Origin: Octopus bimaculoides
Lineage: Eukaryota
Assembly: GCF_001194135.2 (NCBI RefSeq)
Contig: NC_068987.1
Span: 59,191,773-59,238,349 of the forward strand
DNA length: 46,577 nucleotides
Direction: 5' to 3'
How positions within the stretch are numbered: the stretch's first letter is position 1; each line of letters opens with the position of its first letter. A program made the translations under genes and the position numbers. Of this stretch, positions 35,660 to 46,577 are shown in pieces. The notes below the pieces were generated by a model, which did not search any database, had not been told where the DNA came from, and was given only the letters and a program-made list of their open reading frames with translations.

Positions 35660-36700
35660 CTTACTATCATGGGCGTTATGTCCGTCTGTCCGTCTGTTTC
35701 CTCTTCACGGTCAAACGGCTGGACTAATGGTCACGATGTTTTTTGGGATTACGAAAGAGGTAATCAGGAAGGTTTTTAGCGGGGAAAAAAATGTGAAAAA
35801 GTATGATTATTTAGTGGATATTGAGTTTTGTAATAATAAATCACCATTGATTATTTATTTTTTTTTTGCTAAAATTCCGGCGACGAGGATTAACTCTGAA
35901 TTTCCCCACCGTATAGTTCGTGAATTTAGAGGGTTTAGATGTGCAATACCATCCCTTTATTTCCGATTGTAGATAAACAGACTTGCTATCTTACTATAAT
36001 GGGTGTTATGTCCGTCTGTCTGTCCGTCTCTTTGTCTGTTCCCTCTTCACGGCCAGGCGGCTGGACCAATGATTACGATATTTTTCGGAATTACAATGAC
36101 GGTCGTCAGGAAGGTTTTTAGCATTAAAAAATCAGAAAGTATGATTATTTCGTGGATATCAATTTTTGAATTGATGAACCACCTTCGCATTTTTATTAAA
36201 AATTCACCGTCCACGAGTAACTCTGGATTTTCATCGTTATAGTTCGTAGTCCCATCGTAGATACGAAGTGGGTCGCGAGACCGGCTAATAGCGAAAATAA
36301 AATGGAAAAAGCATGTGTCAGTATATAGTGTGTGTGATTATTTAGTGGTTATTGAAGTGTATCAGTCCCGAACAGGATTCGAAAAGGCTAATCGAAGCGG
36401 CTGTTGTTTACATCTCAGTTTTGTCAACCAAAATAACCCACGGTACCAGAACATCCAGACATTATTCACATAGAACAGTGAGAGGTAAGTCCTAGTTTGA
36501 TTTTTTATGCATTCACAGCAAACAAGGCACAGGGCCAGACTTTAGATTGTGTAGGTGTATTTTTACCCATTCCGATGTTTATACACGGCCAGTTATACGT
36601 CACTATGAATAGAGCAACAGACTCCAGTAATTTGAAAATTAGTGTCGACCAAACAGAAAATATCGTCTACAAAGAAGATTTGTAATCATATTGATATTAT
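35660..36700 (+). mobile_element. Helitron remnant: two diverged 5'-type repeat units plus Pif1-like helicase C-terminal fragment
   Basis: 36497-36685 encodes AFTANKAQGQTLDCVGVFLPIPMFIHGQLYVTMNR...TENIVYKE (Pif1 helicase motifs V/VI, RepHel C-terminus). Two units 'tgtccgtctgt..cttcacgg.ca..cggctggac' start near 35660 and 35990. Confidence 0.8.
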
Positions 36701-37284
36701 CGAAAGGAATATGATTCATAATTTAAAGAAGGAAATTTGTGAACTTTGAATGTATAAGAGAATAAACAAGCGTAAAATAGTGTAAACAACTAAAATAAAA
36801 GTATATCTAAATAACATTTTTTTCTAAATACTTTTTATGTAGTGGTCGAAGGAAGCTCTGACTTTTGTTAGGAGTGGTCCACATAACCATTCATGATACA
36901 AACGTTGGGAACCTATTTCACTTCGGGAGTGAATCGTCATCACATGTCACTTAGTCGCAAACACGTCATATAGCTGCAATAGAATGCTGTATCACCAACA
37001 ATAATGTGATATCACCCAGTCATCTATCAAGTACATTTACACATTTCTCAATACATACTGTTGTTATGACTTCCCTCCCTCGTTTTATGTCTCCATCGTA
37101 GATAGGTAGATTCGCTAGTAGCTGTAATAACAGTAGAAGGAGGAGGAAAAGGAATTGTAATTGCATAGGAGGCGGTATAATGACTGTAATAGGAAGTGAG
37201 AGAGGCAGGGAGAGTAATTTCATACTAAGTAGCTTAACCAAACTACTAACCAACGATGAATATTATTAGTTATTAATAATAACG

Positions 37285-37480
37285 AAGGCGACGAGCTGGC
37301 AGAATCGTTAGCACGCCGGGAGAAATGCTTAGCGGCATTTCGTCTGTCTTCGTGTTCTGAGTTCAAATTTCGCTGAGGTTGACTTTGCCTTTCATCCTTT
37401 CGAAGTCGATAAGATAAGTACCAATCAAATGCTGGGGTCGATGTAATCGACTAGTCTTCTCCACACAAATTTCAGGCCTT
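37285..37480 (+). mobile_element. SINE family B
   Basis: 'aaggcgacgagctggcagaatcgttagcacgccggg...gactttgcctttcatcctttcgaagtcgataag'. Confidence 0.85.
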
Positions 37481-37679
37481 CTGAAGACCTGTGAAATCAA
37501 GAGCGTCAACGATCCTCTTGGACGGTTGCCAGTTAATGACCGCAAGAAAATGTGTAAGAAAAAGAAATTCCGTGGGACAGATGCACAATGCTAATGGTTA
37601 ATGCAGGACATAAGGTTGGTGATGGACGCAATATTAGTTTCAAAATTCCATAGAATTTTTGATTTACTAGGTTCATTTA

Positions 37680-37835
37680 GATGGGCTTCTTTCAGTTTCC
37701 ATCTACCAAATCTACTCACAAGGCTTTGGTCAATTCGAGGCTATAGTAGAAGACACTTGCTCAAAGTGCGATGCAGTAGACTGAACCCGGAACCGTTTGG
37801 CTGGGAAGCAAGATTCTTACCACACAACCACGTCT
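37680..37835 (-). mobile_element. SINE family A, 5' half
   Basis: Reverse complement of the family A head. Confidence 0.8.
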
Positions 37836-37869
37836 AATCAATCTTTTTTTTCGCTGATTACATAGTGAT

Positions 37870-39125
37870 TACAATTGTTCTTCGAAGCCGTGGGCTAAAT
37901 ACCCTTACACCTTGAATTAGTGTTTAGAGCTTGATCTTGGGTAGCCATCAAGAACCTTTCCCTTTTAAATCACCACTCCGAAGCAATAGACATTAGTCAG
38001 AAGCATGAGCTTTCTTATTCTTCGCGTCTCCGTAGAACTGTGTACGTAACTACATTTCTTCTAGTGCTTCCTTTCTTTCACAAAATATCCTGCCTTGATA
38101 TGCTTAATCTTATTTAATTTCAGCAGAAGTAAGTTCTAGTTCTATTCTATTGCCACATGTTTCAAGCAGTTCTTTTTCACTCTTTTGAAGATAGTGGTTT
38201 ATTGACTTCTATTTTCACTCCACACAATCAGAAAAAAACTTTTAAGTCCTTACCCTCCAATCTTCCGTTACATGTATAAAAAGGCTGACATTAAGCTACA
38301 GATGAAACACTCCATATATAATTAAGATTTTGTTTTCTAGTTTTTCTGTGTGATGTATCTATTTTTATCTTTCGTCCAATTCCATATTCTAGCACTATAA
38401 CGCATGCAGCAACCGCTCTGTGTTGACTCTATCTATCAAATTCTTTGAATCAAGTTTGAATTTCAATGCAAGATTAAATCTGTCCAAATGTATTGGTTTT
38501 ACCCTTTTCTTTATTTCTTTTCGCTTGATATCATCGAGTTTCAGTATGTTATCAAGTTCTAAATTTCTTTCTTCCTAAAACTGGTCCTTTTTTAAAACTC
38601 TTTGCATGGCTAAACTAGGCCATTTTGATACACCAAATCCCTTTCCAACGCTATTGCATTACACTTTACCATGTTAACAAGTGAATCGATCTTTGTTTTT
38701 TCAAATATCTTGAGTCATCCATAAAGAATAGATTGTTTAGAAAATGTACATTTCTCTGCAGTTTGTAGTTCATGTTGACTTTTCTGCCATTGGGACAGGT
38801 AATAGCACAATAACAAATAACGAAGAGGAGAAAGAATCGCACTGGAAAATACTTCCCAGTGATCTCGTGTTCACAATCTAGTTTGTTTTCCAGTGTATTA
38901 CTCTAGCACTGAGGATATTGATACTGTTTTCGCCTATGCCAAACATGCTAAGTGATTCCCTAATCCAAATGGAGAAATCCATGCCGTAAGGTCTTTTGAA
39001 GTCGACCAATACAATGCACTGATTAGTCTGTAGTTGTTTGTAGTTCTTCATTACCATTTTGTCAGGGAATTAGATAGTTTTTAGTAGCTCTTGCCTGTTT
39101 CCTGCACCTATTCTTTTCAATAGAT
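37870..39125 (-). mobile_element. R4/Dong-like non-LTR retrotransposon RT fragment
   Basis: Minus-strand CRKQARATKNYL..DKMVMKNY...VDFKRPY...WIRESLSMFGIGEN and LFFMDDxKIF..IDSLVNMV. The low-coordinate boundary is uncertain. Confidence 0.75.
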
Positions 39126-39158
39126 AGAAATTTTAGCCACATTTAGGTGGCAAATATA

Positions 39159-40396
39159 TTGGGTTGTCAACTAAGTTCCCGCCGTTTTTTAAATTTTGGA
39201 ATCTATTTTTTTCGAGAATTCTATTTTTGAGTCATTTTGGAATCTATTTTTTTTTCTAGTTAATTTTAGTTAATTTTTGTTTATTTTCAGATCATTAAGA
39301 TGGAATGTCAAGTTAAGAAAAACGAGCATTTTCGACACCTTCTTTTTGCTTTTAATCAAGGTTCTAAGGCCGCNNNNNNNNNNNNNNNNNNNNNNNNNNN
39401 NNNNNNNNNNNNNNNNNNNNNNNNNNNNNNNNNNNNNNNNNNNNNNNNNNNNNNNNNNNNNNNNNNNNNNNNNNNNNNNNNNNNNNNNNNNNNNNNNNNN
39501 NNNNNNNNNNNNNNNNNNNNNNNNNNNNNNNNNNNNNNNNNNNNNNNNNNNNNNNNNNNNNNNNNNNNNNNNNNNNNNNNNNNNNNNNNNNNNNNNNNNN
39601 NNNNNNNNNNNNNNNNNNNNNNNNNNNNNNNNNNNNNNNNNNNNNNNNNNNNNNNNNNNNNNNNNNNNNNNNNNNNNNNNNNNNNNNNNNNNNNNNNNNN
39701 NNNNNNNNNNNNNNNNNNNNNNNNNNNNNNNNNNNNNNNNNNNNNNNNNNNNNNNNNNNNNNNNNNNNNNNNNNNNNNNNNNNNNNNNNNNNNNNNNNNN
39801 NNNNNNNNNNNNNNNNNNNNNNNNNNNNNNNNNNNNNNNNNNNNNNNNNNNNNNNNNNNNNNNNNNNNNNNNNNNNNNNNNNNNNNGTTGTGCGTGTGGT
39901 GGGACTGGGAAGGGATTATCTATTACGAATTGCTTGAACGGAACCAAACGGTCAACGCGGAACTCTATGTTCAACAGATGGAACGACTCAACACGGTTAT
40001 TCAAGAGAAAAGTCCTAATCGGCAGCATGGAGTTCTTCTGCTGCACGACAACTCCCGCCTTCATATCGCCAATATGACCAAGGAAGCCATTCAAACGCAT
40101 GGCTGGGAAGTGCTGCCACACCTGCCGTACTCTCCTGATTTGGCATCAACGGATTTCCACCTCTTTCGATCTCTTTCAAATACTATGCGCGGAGTTTCGT
40201 TCAGTACTGATGCAGAATTGAGACCTTGGTTGAATCAATTTCTACCAACGAAGTATTGAAAATCTTGTTGAACGTTGGGAAGAAGTTGTAAACAACAAAG
40301 GTGAATACATTATTGATTAATTAGTTGTTATTTTTTATTAAACCTTTAAAAAATTTTTAATTAAAAAAAACGGTGGGAACTTAGTTGCCAACCCAA
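39159..40396 (+). mobile_element. mariner DD34D transposon, full length with TIRs, centre in N gap
   Basis: About 31-bp TIRs ttgggttgtcaactaagttcccgccgtttttt / ttgggttggcaactaagttcccaccgtttttt with TA TSD. Protein MECQVKKNEHFRHLLFAF...LCVWWDWEGIIYYELL...LLHDNSRLH...PYSPDLASTDFHLFRSL; 34 residues between the 2nd and 3rd Asp. A small deletion/frameshift lies near the C-terminus. Confidence 0.95.
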
Positions 40397-40403
40397 TACT
40401 TCA

Positions 40404-40729
40404 CGATGTCGTGCGGTACAGTTTATACCTCGCACAGAGAATTATTATTGCTTGTTTCCACTTTTTCGAAATCAGTGACTTTTTGTCACTGGGAAAAGTA
40501 TATATATATTTGCATTGAGAATCACTTCCCATCGCCAACCGGTGGTTGTCACATGCTGATGACGGGTCAATACCCAGAAACTCGGGTCCTTGTGTATCAC
40601 GTCAGGCTGGAGATGGGAACGATGACTTCCCTTTGCAAATACTGACAGGGCACAGATAGTGTGTCAATAGACAACTGGAGGAGATGTCTTCCTGGAGCTA
40701 CAAGCTACAGTAGCCTCAACCCTTAAGGG
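40404..40729 (+). mobile_element. 5'-truncated Penelope-like element (GIY-YIG end plus pLTR) between 31-bp direct repeats
   Basis: Decayed RYSLYLAQRIIIACF (approximately RCxLCLxEKxxI) and CHWEKY (approximately CRHxxKY). Contains a hammerhead motif. Bounded by the ttagccacatttaggtggcaaatatacttca duplication. Confidence 0.65.
40550..40594 (+). ncRNA. Type I (minimal) hammerhead ribozyme motif
   Basis: cacatg-CTGATGA-cgggt-caat-accca-GAAA-c-tcgg-GTC-cttgtg. Conserved core intact with GUC triplet (cleavage predicted after 40588). Stem I has 5/6 pairs; stem II has 4 pairs plus a C-A mismatch at its base; stem III is very short. Confidence 0.75.
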
Positions 40730-40910
40730 TTAGCCACATTTAGGTGGCAAATATACTTCAAAATGAACATATGTTTTCTCAGAATACAAAAAAAAACCCC
40801 CAAAAAACATTACAAGCAAATGATTGGTTGGTAACTTTTATTGCTTTTCCTGATCAATGCATTTTCATTATCAAAGCTTCCTTATATTACCTATTCATTT
40901 AGATGATTCC

Positions 40911-41335
40911 TGCGGTGAGCTGGCAGAATCGTTAGCACGTTGGGCAAAATACTTAGCGGCATTTCGTCCATTTTTACGCTCTGAGTTCAAATTCTGCCGA
41001 GGTTGACTTTGCCTTTTATCCTTTCGGAGTCGATAAAATAAGTACCAGTTGAACGTTGGGGGTTGATGTAATCGACTTACTCCCCCACTCCCAAACTGCT
41101 GGCCTTGTGCCAAAATTTGAAATGATTATTATTATTAAGGCGGTGAGCTGACAAAATCGTTAGCACGCTGGGCAAAATGCATAGCGACATTTCATCCGTC
41201 TTTGCGCTCTGAGTTCAAATTCGACTTTGCCTTTCATCCTTTCGGTCTCGATAAATTAAGTACCAGTCAAGTAATGGGGTCGATGTAATCGACTATCCCC
41301 TCTACGCCAAATTTCAGACCTTGTGCCTATAGCAG
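40911..41335 (+). mobile_element. Two tandem SINE family B copies with (TTA)n tails
   Basis: Heads 'gcggtgagctggcagaatcgttagcacg' at 40912 and 'aaggcggtgagctgacaaaatcgttagcacg' at about 41137. Confidence 0.85.
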
Positions 41336-41944
41336 AAAGGATGATTATTATTATTAATTAAATTTTATTTTAGACAAAATAATACCAACGGGAATTTATA
41401 CAGAACACCGTTTCAGGTTTGTGTCTGTAGGCTTCGTTTGGTAACATATGACGAGACAAACACATACAGGTGACGTGTATCAGCCCGTTGTCAATTCGAT
41501 TATATCATTCAATTCGACTAATATATTTTCATTGAACGTGGAAAGATGAAAGACAAAATCAATCTCAATAAGACTGGATCTTAAAATATAAACGTTGTAA
41601 AAATACCGCACGATATTTTGTCGGACGTTCTCACGATTCTGCCGATGTACCGCATTTAGTCACCTTTCCACAAAGTTTCTCAATTCTCTCATCCTTTGTA
41701 CAGTACAAAGTAATAGAAGGTATACAGTCTCTGTCATTTTATTTTAGTGACTTAAAATTTATGCTGTCGGTGGCAGCCGTCTGGTCGCTATCTTAACGGA
41801 TTACATAACGAAGTCATTTTAACTACGTCGTATTTCAGCAGACGATAACATATTGATGTATCATTATACCGTTTCTTGCATTCTCACCGCAGTCCTTGAC
41901 GTCATTATTATTATCATAATCTTCCACATCACCGTTATCACCAG

Positions 41945-41996
41945 CATCATTCTCATCATCATCATCATCATCATCATCAACACACACCTTCCTCTA

Positions 41997-42042
<46 letters not shown>

Positions 42043-42045
42043 ATC
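41945..42045. repeat. (CAT)n and (CTTT)n microsatellites
   Basis: Direct reading. Confidence 0.9.
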
Positions 42046-42599
42046 TTCGTCTTCTTCCAGTTAATTTCCGCTCTACTTACATATTTTATATTGCGTTGTT
42101 ATGTTACGTCGCTTCATTTTGGTTTTGTTGTTTAAGTTAGTGGATGATAAGTAGTGTGAGCGTATGTGTGTGTGTGTGTGTATGTGTGTGTACGTATATG
42201 CATGTGGTATGAGTATATATATATGTGTGCGTGTGTTTGTACGTGTGTACGTATATGCATATTTGACTGTGAGAAAGAGAAAGTGTCTATCAGTATATGT
42301 ATGTATGCGTGTATGTATGTATATGTGTGTATAGGTGCATATAAATCTGTATTTGTGTGTGTGTGTGTTCATTTTGTAGTATTGGCTGTAATTGTTAGTG
42401 ATGCCAGAGTTCTGTTATAGAAGGATAGAGGAATGGTGGGATAGTGGCGTGGTGAGTGGTAGGATGACAGAGGTAGTGGTGGTGGCGTGGAAGGGGGGGG
42501 GGAAGATAGTTTTTATTACTTGTACGCCCCTTTCAAAAAATTCATGGGTGGCCTTAAAAAACAAAATCTTCCACATTGGGTTACGAGATAGATATTATT

Positions 42600-42983
42600 G
42601 TTGTAGTAGTAGTAGTAGTGGTGGTAGTGGTAGTGGTAGTGGTAATCGTAGAGATGGTAGTTGTAGTGGTAGTGGTGGTGGNNNNNNNNNNNNNNNNNNN
42701 NNNNNNNNNNNNNNNNNNNNNNNNNNNNNNNNNNNNNNNNNNNNNNNNNNNNNNNNNNNNNNNNNNNNNNNNNNNNNNNNNNNNNNNNNNNNNNNNNNNN
42801 NNNNNNNNNNNNNNNNNNNNNNNNNNNNNNNNNNNNNNNNNNNNNNNNNNNNNNNNNNNNNNNNNNNNNNNNNNNNNNNNNNNNNNNNNNNNNNNNNNNN
42901 NNNNNNNNNNNNNNNNNNNNNNNNNNNNNNNNNNNNNNNNNNNNNNNNNNNNNNNNNNNNNNNNNNNNNNNNNNNNNNNNNNN

Positions 42984-43037
<54 letters not shown>
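42600..43037. repeat. (GTA/GTG)n, N gap, then (CA)n
   Basis: Direct reading. Confidence 0.9.
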
Positions 43038-43042
<5 letters not shown>

Positions 43043-43045
43043 GTA

Positions 43046-43900
43046 TTGGGTTGGCCAAAAAGTCCTTCGGTTTTTTTAAGCGAAAATTAGATGCAAGTTT
43101 TAAACACAAAGTGATTTTTAAAATCAATAATAGTTCTAGTATCTCCTGCTATCTTGTGAGCAGATCCCTTATTCCCTGCCCAAAGAATTTCCTGGCAAAC
43201 TCTTCCAGGTGAATTTTTACATCCTTTTCAGAGTTGACGGACTTTCTATTCAATGAATTTCGAATAGACCGAAACAGGTGGAAATCGGGACGCAAGGTCA
43301 GCTGGGTACAGAGGCTGCGGCAAAACTTCCCAACCTTCTCCAGGTGAAGTCTTACTTTAAAGATTCTTTGTGGTGGTTCGGCACACTTCTCCAGGATTGT
43401 TTACTGTTCACATTATCAAAGACGATCCATTTTTCCGCCTTCTGCCACTATTTTCTTTAAAAAAAAATGGATCGTTTTCTTTACGTTTCTGCAACGAATT
43501 GCAAATGGAAATCCATTGGACAAGATTAGTTTCATTCAATTGATGCGGGACCCAAACATCAAGCCTTTTGACATAACCAAGTTGATGCAGTTTGTTTTCA
43601 ACACCCGATTTGGGTATTTGAAGAATGTCTGCGATCATGCTCGTCGTATAACGGCGCTTGGTCTCGCTTTTAATCCCAGTTGGCCGACCAGAGTGAAGTG
43701 CATCTTGAACCGAAAAATTTCCCGATCGAAATGTTGAAAACTCCTTCTGGCATACGCGTTCCGTAACAGCATCCTCTCCGGACACAGCACATACCTTCCT
43801 GTAGGTTTCCGCCGTTGTTGTTTTTTTGTTGCTTATCTTAAAAATAAAAAGAAGCATGTGATATTTGATAATGTTCGTTTTGGTTCTCCATACTGAACTG
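43046..43900 (-). mobile_element. mariner DD34D transposon, decayed, one TIR only
   Basis: TA followed by TIR ttgggttggccaaaaagtccttcggttttt at 43046. Minus ORF with VTERVCQKEFSTFRSGNFSVQD..HSGRP and LDVWVPHQL, and a WEVLPQPLYPADLA..FHLFR remnant. The second TIR was not found. Confidence 0.88.
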
Positions 43901-44587
43901 GAGTATTAAACCACAGTTGAATTATCTATATTTCAACTTAGTAAAATCCTTCTTAGTAAAATCACAGCTGAAATGATTGAAATACTTTGATTCACACGAT
44001 TCTGCTAATCCATACAGGCCAAAGAGGAAGCCTGTGTGTCAGGTAACCTTTTCTTCAGAGGCAGGTTGCATTACATTGGCTCACCACCAAGTGGGCCGCA
44101 CTACTAAAAAAGGTAATTTTTCGTTAGGAGTGTCATTTAGACAGTTCTGCGGGTCACAGTTTACCCCTGACTACTCTACGTGATGGTATCACCTGCTAGA
44201 TACAGCTGTCAAATTTCCCTCAAATCACATCCTGTGATCAAAAACGGAAGAACAAATTAGATAATGCATACTTAAATACTCGGTTTAAAAGAGATAAAAC
44301 GGAAGACAAGATAATCAATACTGAATCAATGGTTTGATTACAGGTTTGTTGGATCAAGGCCGACCCTAGGCTAAACACCAACCGTATTAATACTATACAT
44401 ATGTCGCACATAACTTTATTTGGATATTTACATCATTACCACCGCAAGAAAATTTTCAAATTGACGCTATACCTGTCCAAAGCATTTTCATGTTTCTTCT
44501 AAACGTCTATGTTTGTTTTTAAACTTTTAGTTAGCTCTTATTTCATACGTTCTTAGTAAGATAACGATTTTCTTTCATTAGTCTCAA

Positions 44588-44975
44588 GGAGGAGTGGCTG
44601 TGTGGTAAGTTAGCTTGCTTACCAACCACATAGTCCCGGGTTCAGTCCCACTGCGTGGTCTTCTACTATAGCCTCGGGCCGACCAAAGCCTTGTGAGTGG
44701 ATTTGGTAGACGGAAACTGGAAGAAGTCCGTCGTATATGTATACACACACACACACACACATATATGTATGTGTGTGTTTGTGTGTCTGTTTGTTCCCCA
44801 TCATCGCTTGACAACCGATGCTGGTGTGTTTTCGTCCCCGTAACTTAGCGGTTCGGCAAAAGAGACCGATAGAATAAGTGCTAGGCTTACAAAGAATAAG
44901 CTCTGGGGTCGATTTGCTCGACTATAAAGTCGGTGCTCCAGCATGGACGCAGTCAAATGACTGACACAAGTAAAA
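44588..44975 (+). mobile_element. SINE family A, full length, with a short internal deletion after the tRNA head
   Basis: 'ggagtggctgtgtggtaagttagcttgcttaccaaccacatagtcccgggttcagtcccactgcgtgg|tcttctactatagcc' lacks the '...cttggg/acaagtg' segment present in other copies. Confidence 0.88.
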
Positions 44976-45987
44976 AAGTAAAAAATTACTCTGGAGGATG
45001 CATGAACGCCAAGGAAATATATCCTGTGTATCCCATATGATACACAAAGAAGGCAAAGGTTAAAAGATATTTGAATGCACCACTATCTAGTATGCACAGT
45101 CAACTTTATAAGACGGTAGAATTAGTTTTCATGGATTCTCTGATTCTTCATTACGTAGACTGCATTACCCAACTTGGAAGGTACGAATGATATAGTGATA
45201 TCATCATTGAAGATGACGCAAGGTTTTATTGCATTGGATAAAACAAATTAAAAAAATAGAAAAATAAGAGCAATTCTCTCTTTCTCCCTGGCCTTCTTTT
45301 TTTTATATGTGTTACTGTGGTCTAGACATCGTACAATAGCATTAAAAAGAATACAATAGATTAAAAAAGAAAATTCAAAATTCACCTGTACTACATTATC
45401 TTGACTTAGCTTCAGAATCGAAGTTTACATTACTGTACAAAAAAAAAGAAAGAAAAGAAAAGAAAAAAAAAACACCCTAGGCCCGCCAAAAAAAAAAAAA
45501 AAANNNNNNNNNNNNNNNNNNNNNNNNNNNNNNNNNNNNNNNNNNNNNNNNNNNNGGGGGGGGGGAGGGAAAGTACCACCGAGATTCGTTAGTGATCATT
45601 ATCTCTTATTTTCATGAAGATGTCAAACTACTGATTGAAAATAATGTCTTTCCAGCCAGCACCGCATTATAATTTATAATTAACTTTTTAACACCCCTTT
45701 CATTAAATTTGTCACGTAATTATTGCTTTCTTCATAAGGTTTGATCCCTGAGAGTACAATATATTTTAAACTACTTCGTGATTTTCTCAGAATTACATTT
45801 GCATGTACGGGATAGTATATGGTTTGGCAAAGAGGACAAATAATACCAAACCATGCCTGGATTTGTAACCCTTGCATGACAAATTAATTAAAATAATATT
45901 ATTCCATGACGCAACGACCCGGAACAGATACCTCAAGGCATCTCATTCGATATTCTAACCATTCTGCCAATCCTCCACTCTGTACTG

Positions 45988-45988
<1 letters not shown>

Positions 45989-46028
<40 letters not shown>

Positions 46029-46120
46029 ATGTATATATGTATGTGTGTGTGTTGTATGTATGTATGTATGTATGTTATGTATGTATGTATGTATGTATGT
46101 ATGTATGTATGCATGCATAT
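45989..46120. repeat. (CA)n and (TATG)n microsatellites
   Basis: Direct reading. Confidence 0.9.
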
Positions 46121-46577
46121 ATAAAGGCTTTATTTATCGATTCTGAAAGGATTGAAGGGCAAGCCAACTTTAGTAGGACTTGCATTTAGAGAACCTAGAG
46201 TAAGAATAAATATCGCAAGACATTCTGATTGACAATGTAACGACGCTACCAACTCACCGACTTAGTCTTGGCTATATTATTCTTGCAATACAAACGACAG
46301 GATAGTTGCGACTGGAACACCGTCATGCAAAAGATTGCAGTTTTAAGATTGATTTGTAGTTGAACAACAACAACAACAGTAACAGCAGCAGTAGCCAATC
46401 TACGGCACAATATTGTATTTTTTCTGGCCGCCGGAAATGACCAAAAAGTAGAAATCCCAGGACATTGCTTTACTGAAAATTTAATCTAGTGCTGCTTTAT
46501 TTTAGGTTCAAATACGATTTATAATTCTCTCATATGTTCAATATATCTTTCCATATATATATATATATATATATATA

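Overview
Eukaryotic, AT-rich, gapped draft-assembly window. The SINE/RTE repertoire suggests an octopus/cephalopod genome (inference). The only host gene supported is the 3' part of ERGIC2 (Erv41 family) on the + strand: four GT-AG-bounded exons at 2925-3023, 6572-6669, 8913-9075 and 10991-11280 splice into one open frame. Its C-terminal tail is unusually long. The rest is mostly transposon debris: tRNA-derived SINEs, RTE, CR1/L2-like, R4/Dong-like and Penelope-like retroelements, a Ty3/Gypsy (CsRn1-like) element plus a related LTR, a full-length DD37D maT element, two DD34D mariners, two hAT elements with 8-bp TSDs, a Helitron fragment and microsatellites. Three observations stand out. (1) A near-intact type I hammerhead ribozyme lies in a 326-bp Penelope-like insert flanked by a 31-bp direct repeat, into which a mariner later inserted. 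(2) An LTR primer-binding site copies about 32-43 nt of mature tRNA-Trp, beyond the usual 18-nt limit, and is tandemly duplicated. (3) Further hammerhead-like remnants occur elsewhere. No CRISPR array, rRNA or intact tRNA gene is supported. TE boundaries without TIR/TSD evidence are approximate, and family assignments come from motif recognition, not database searches.
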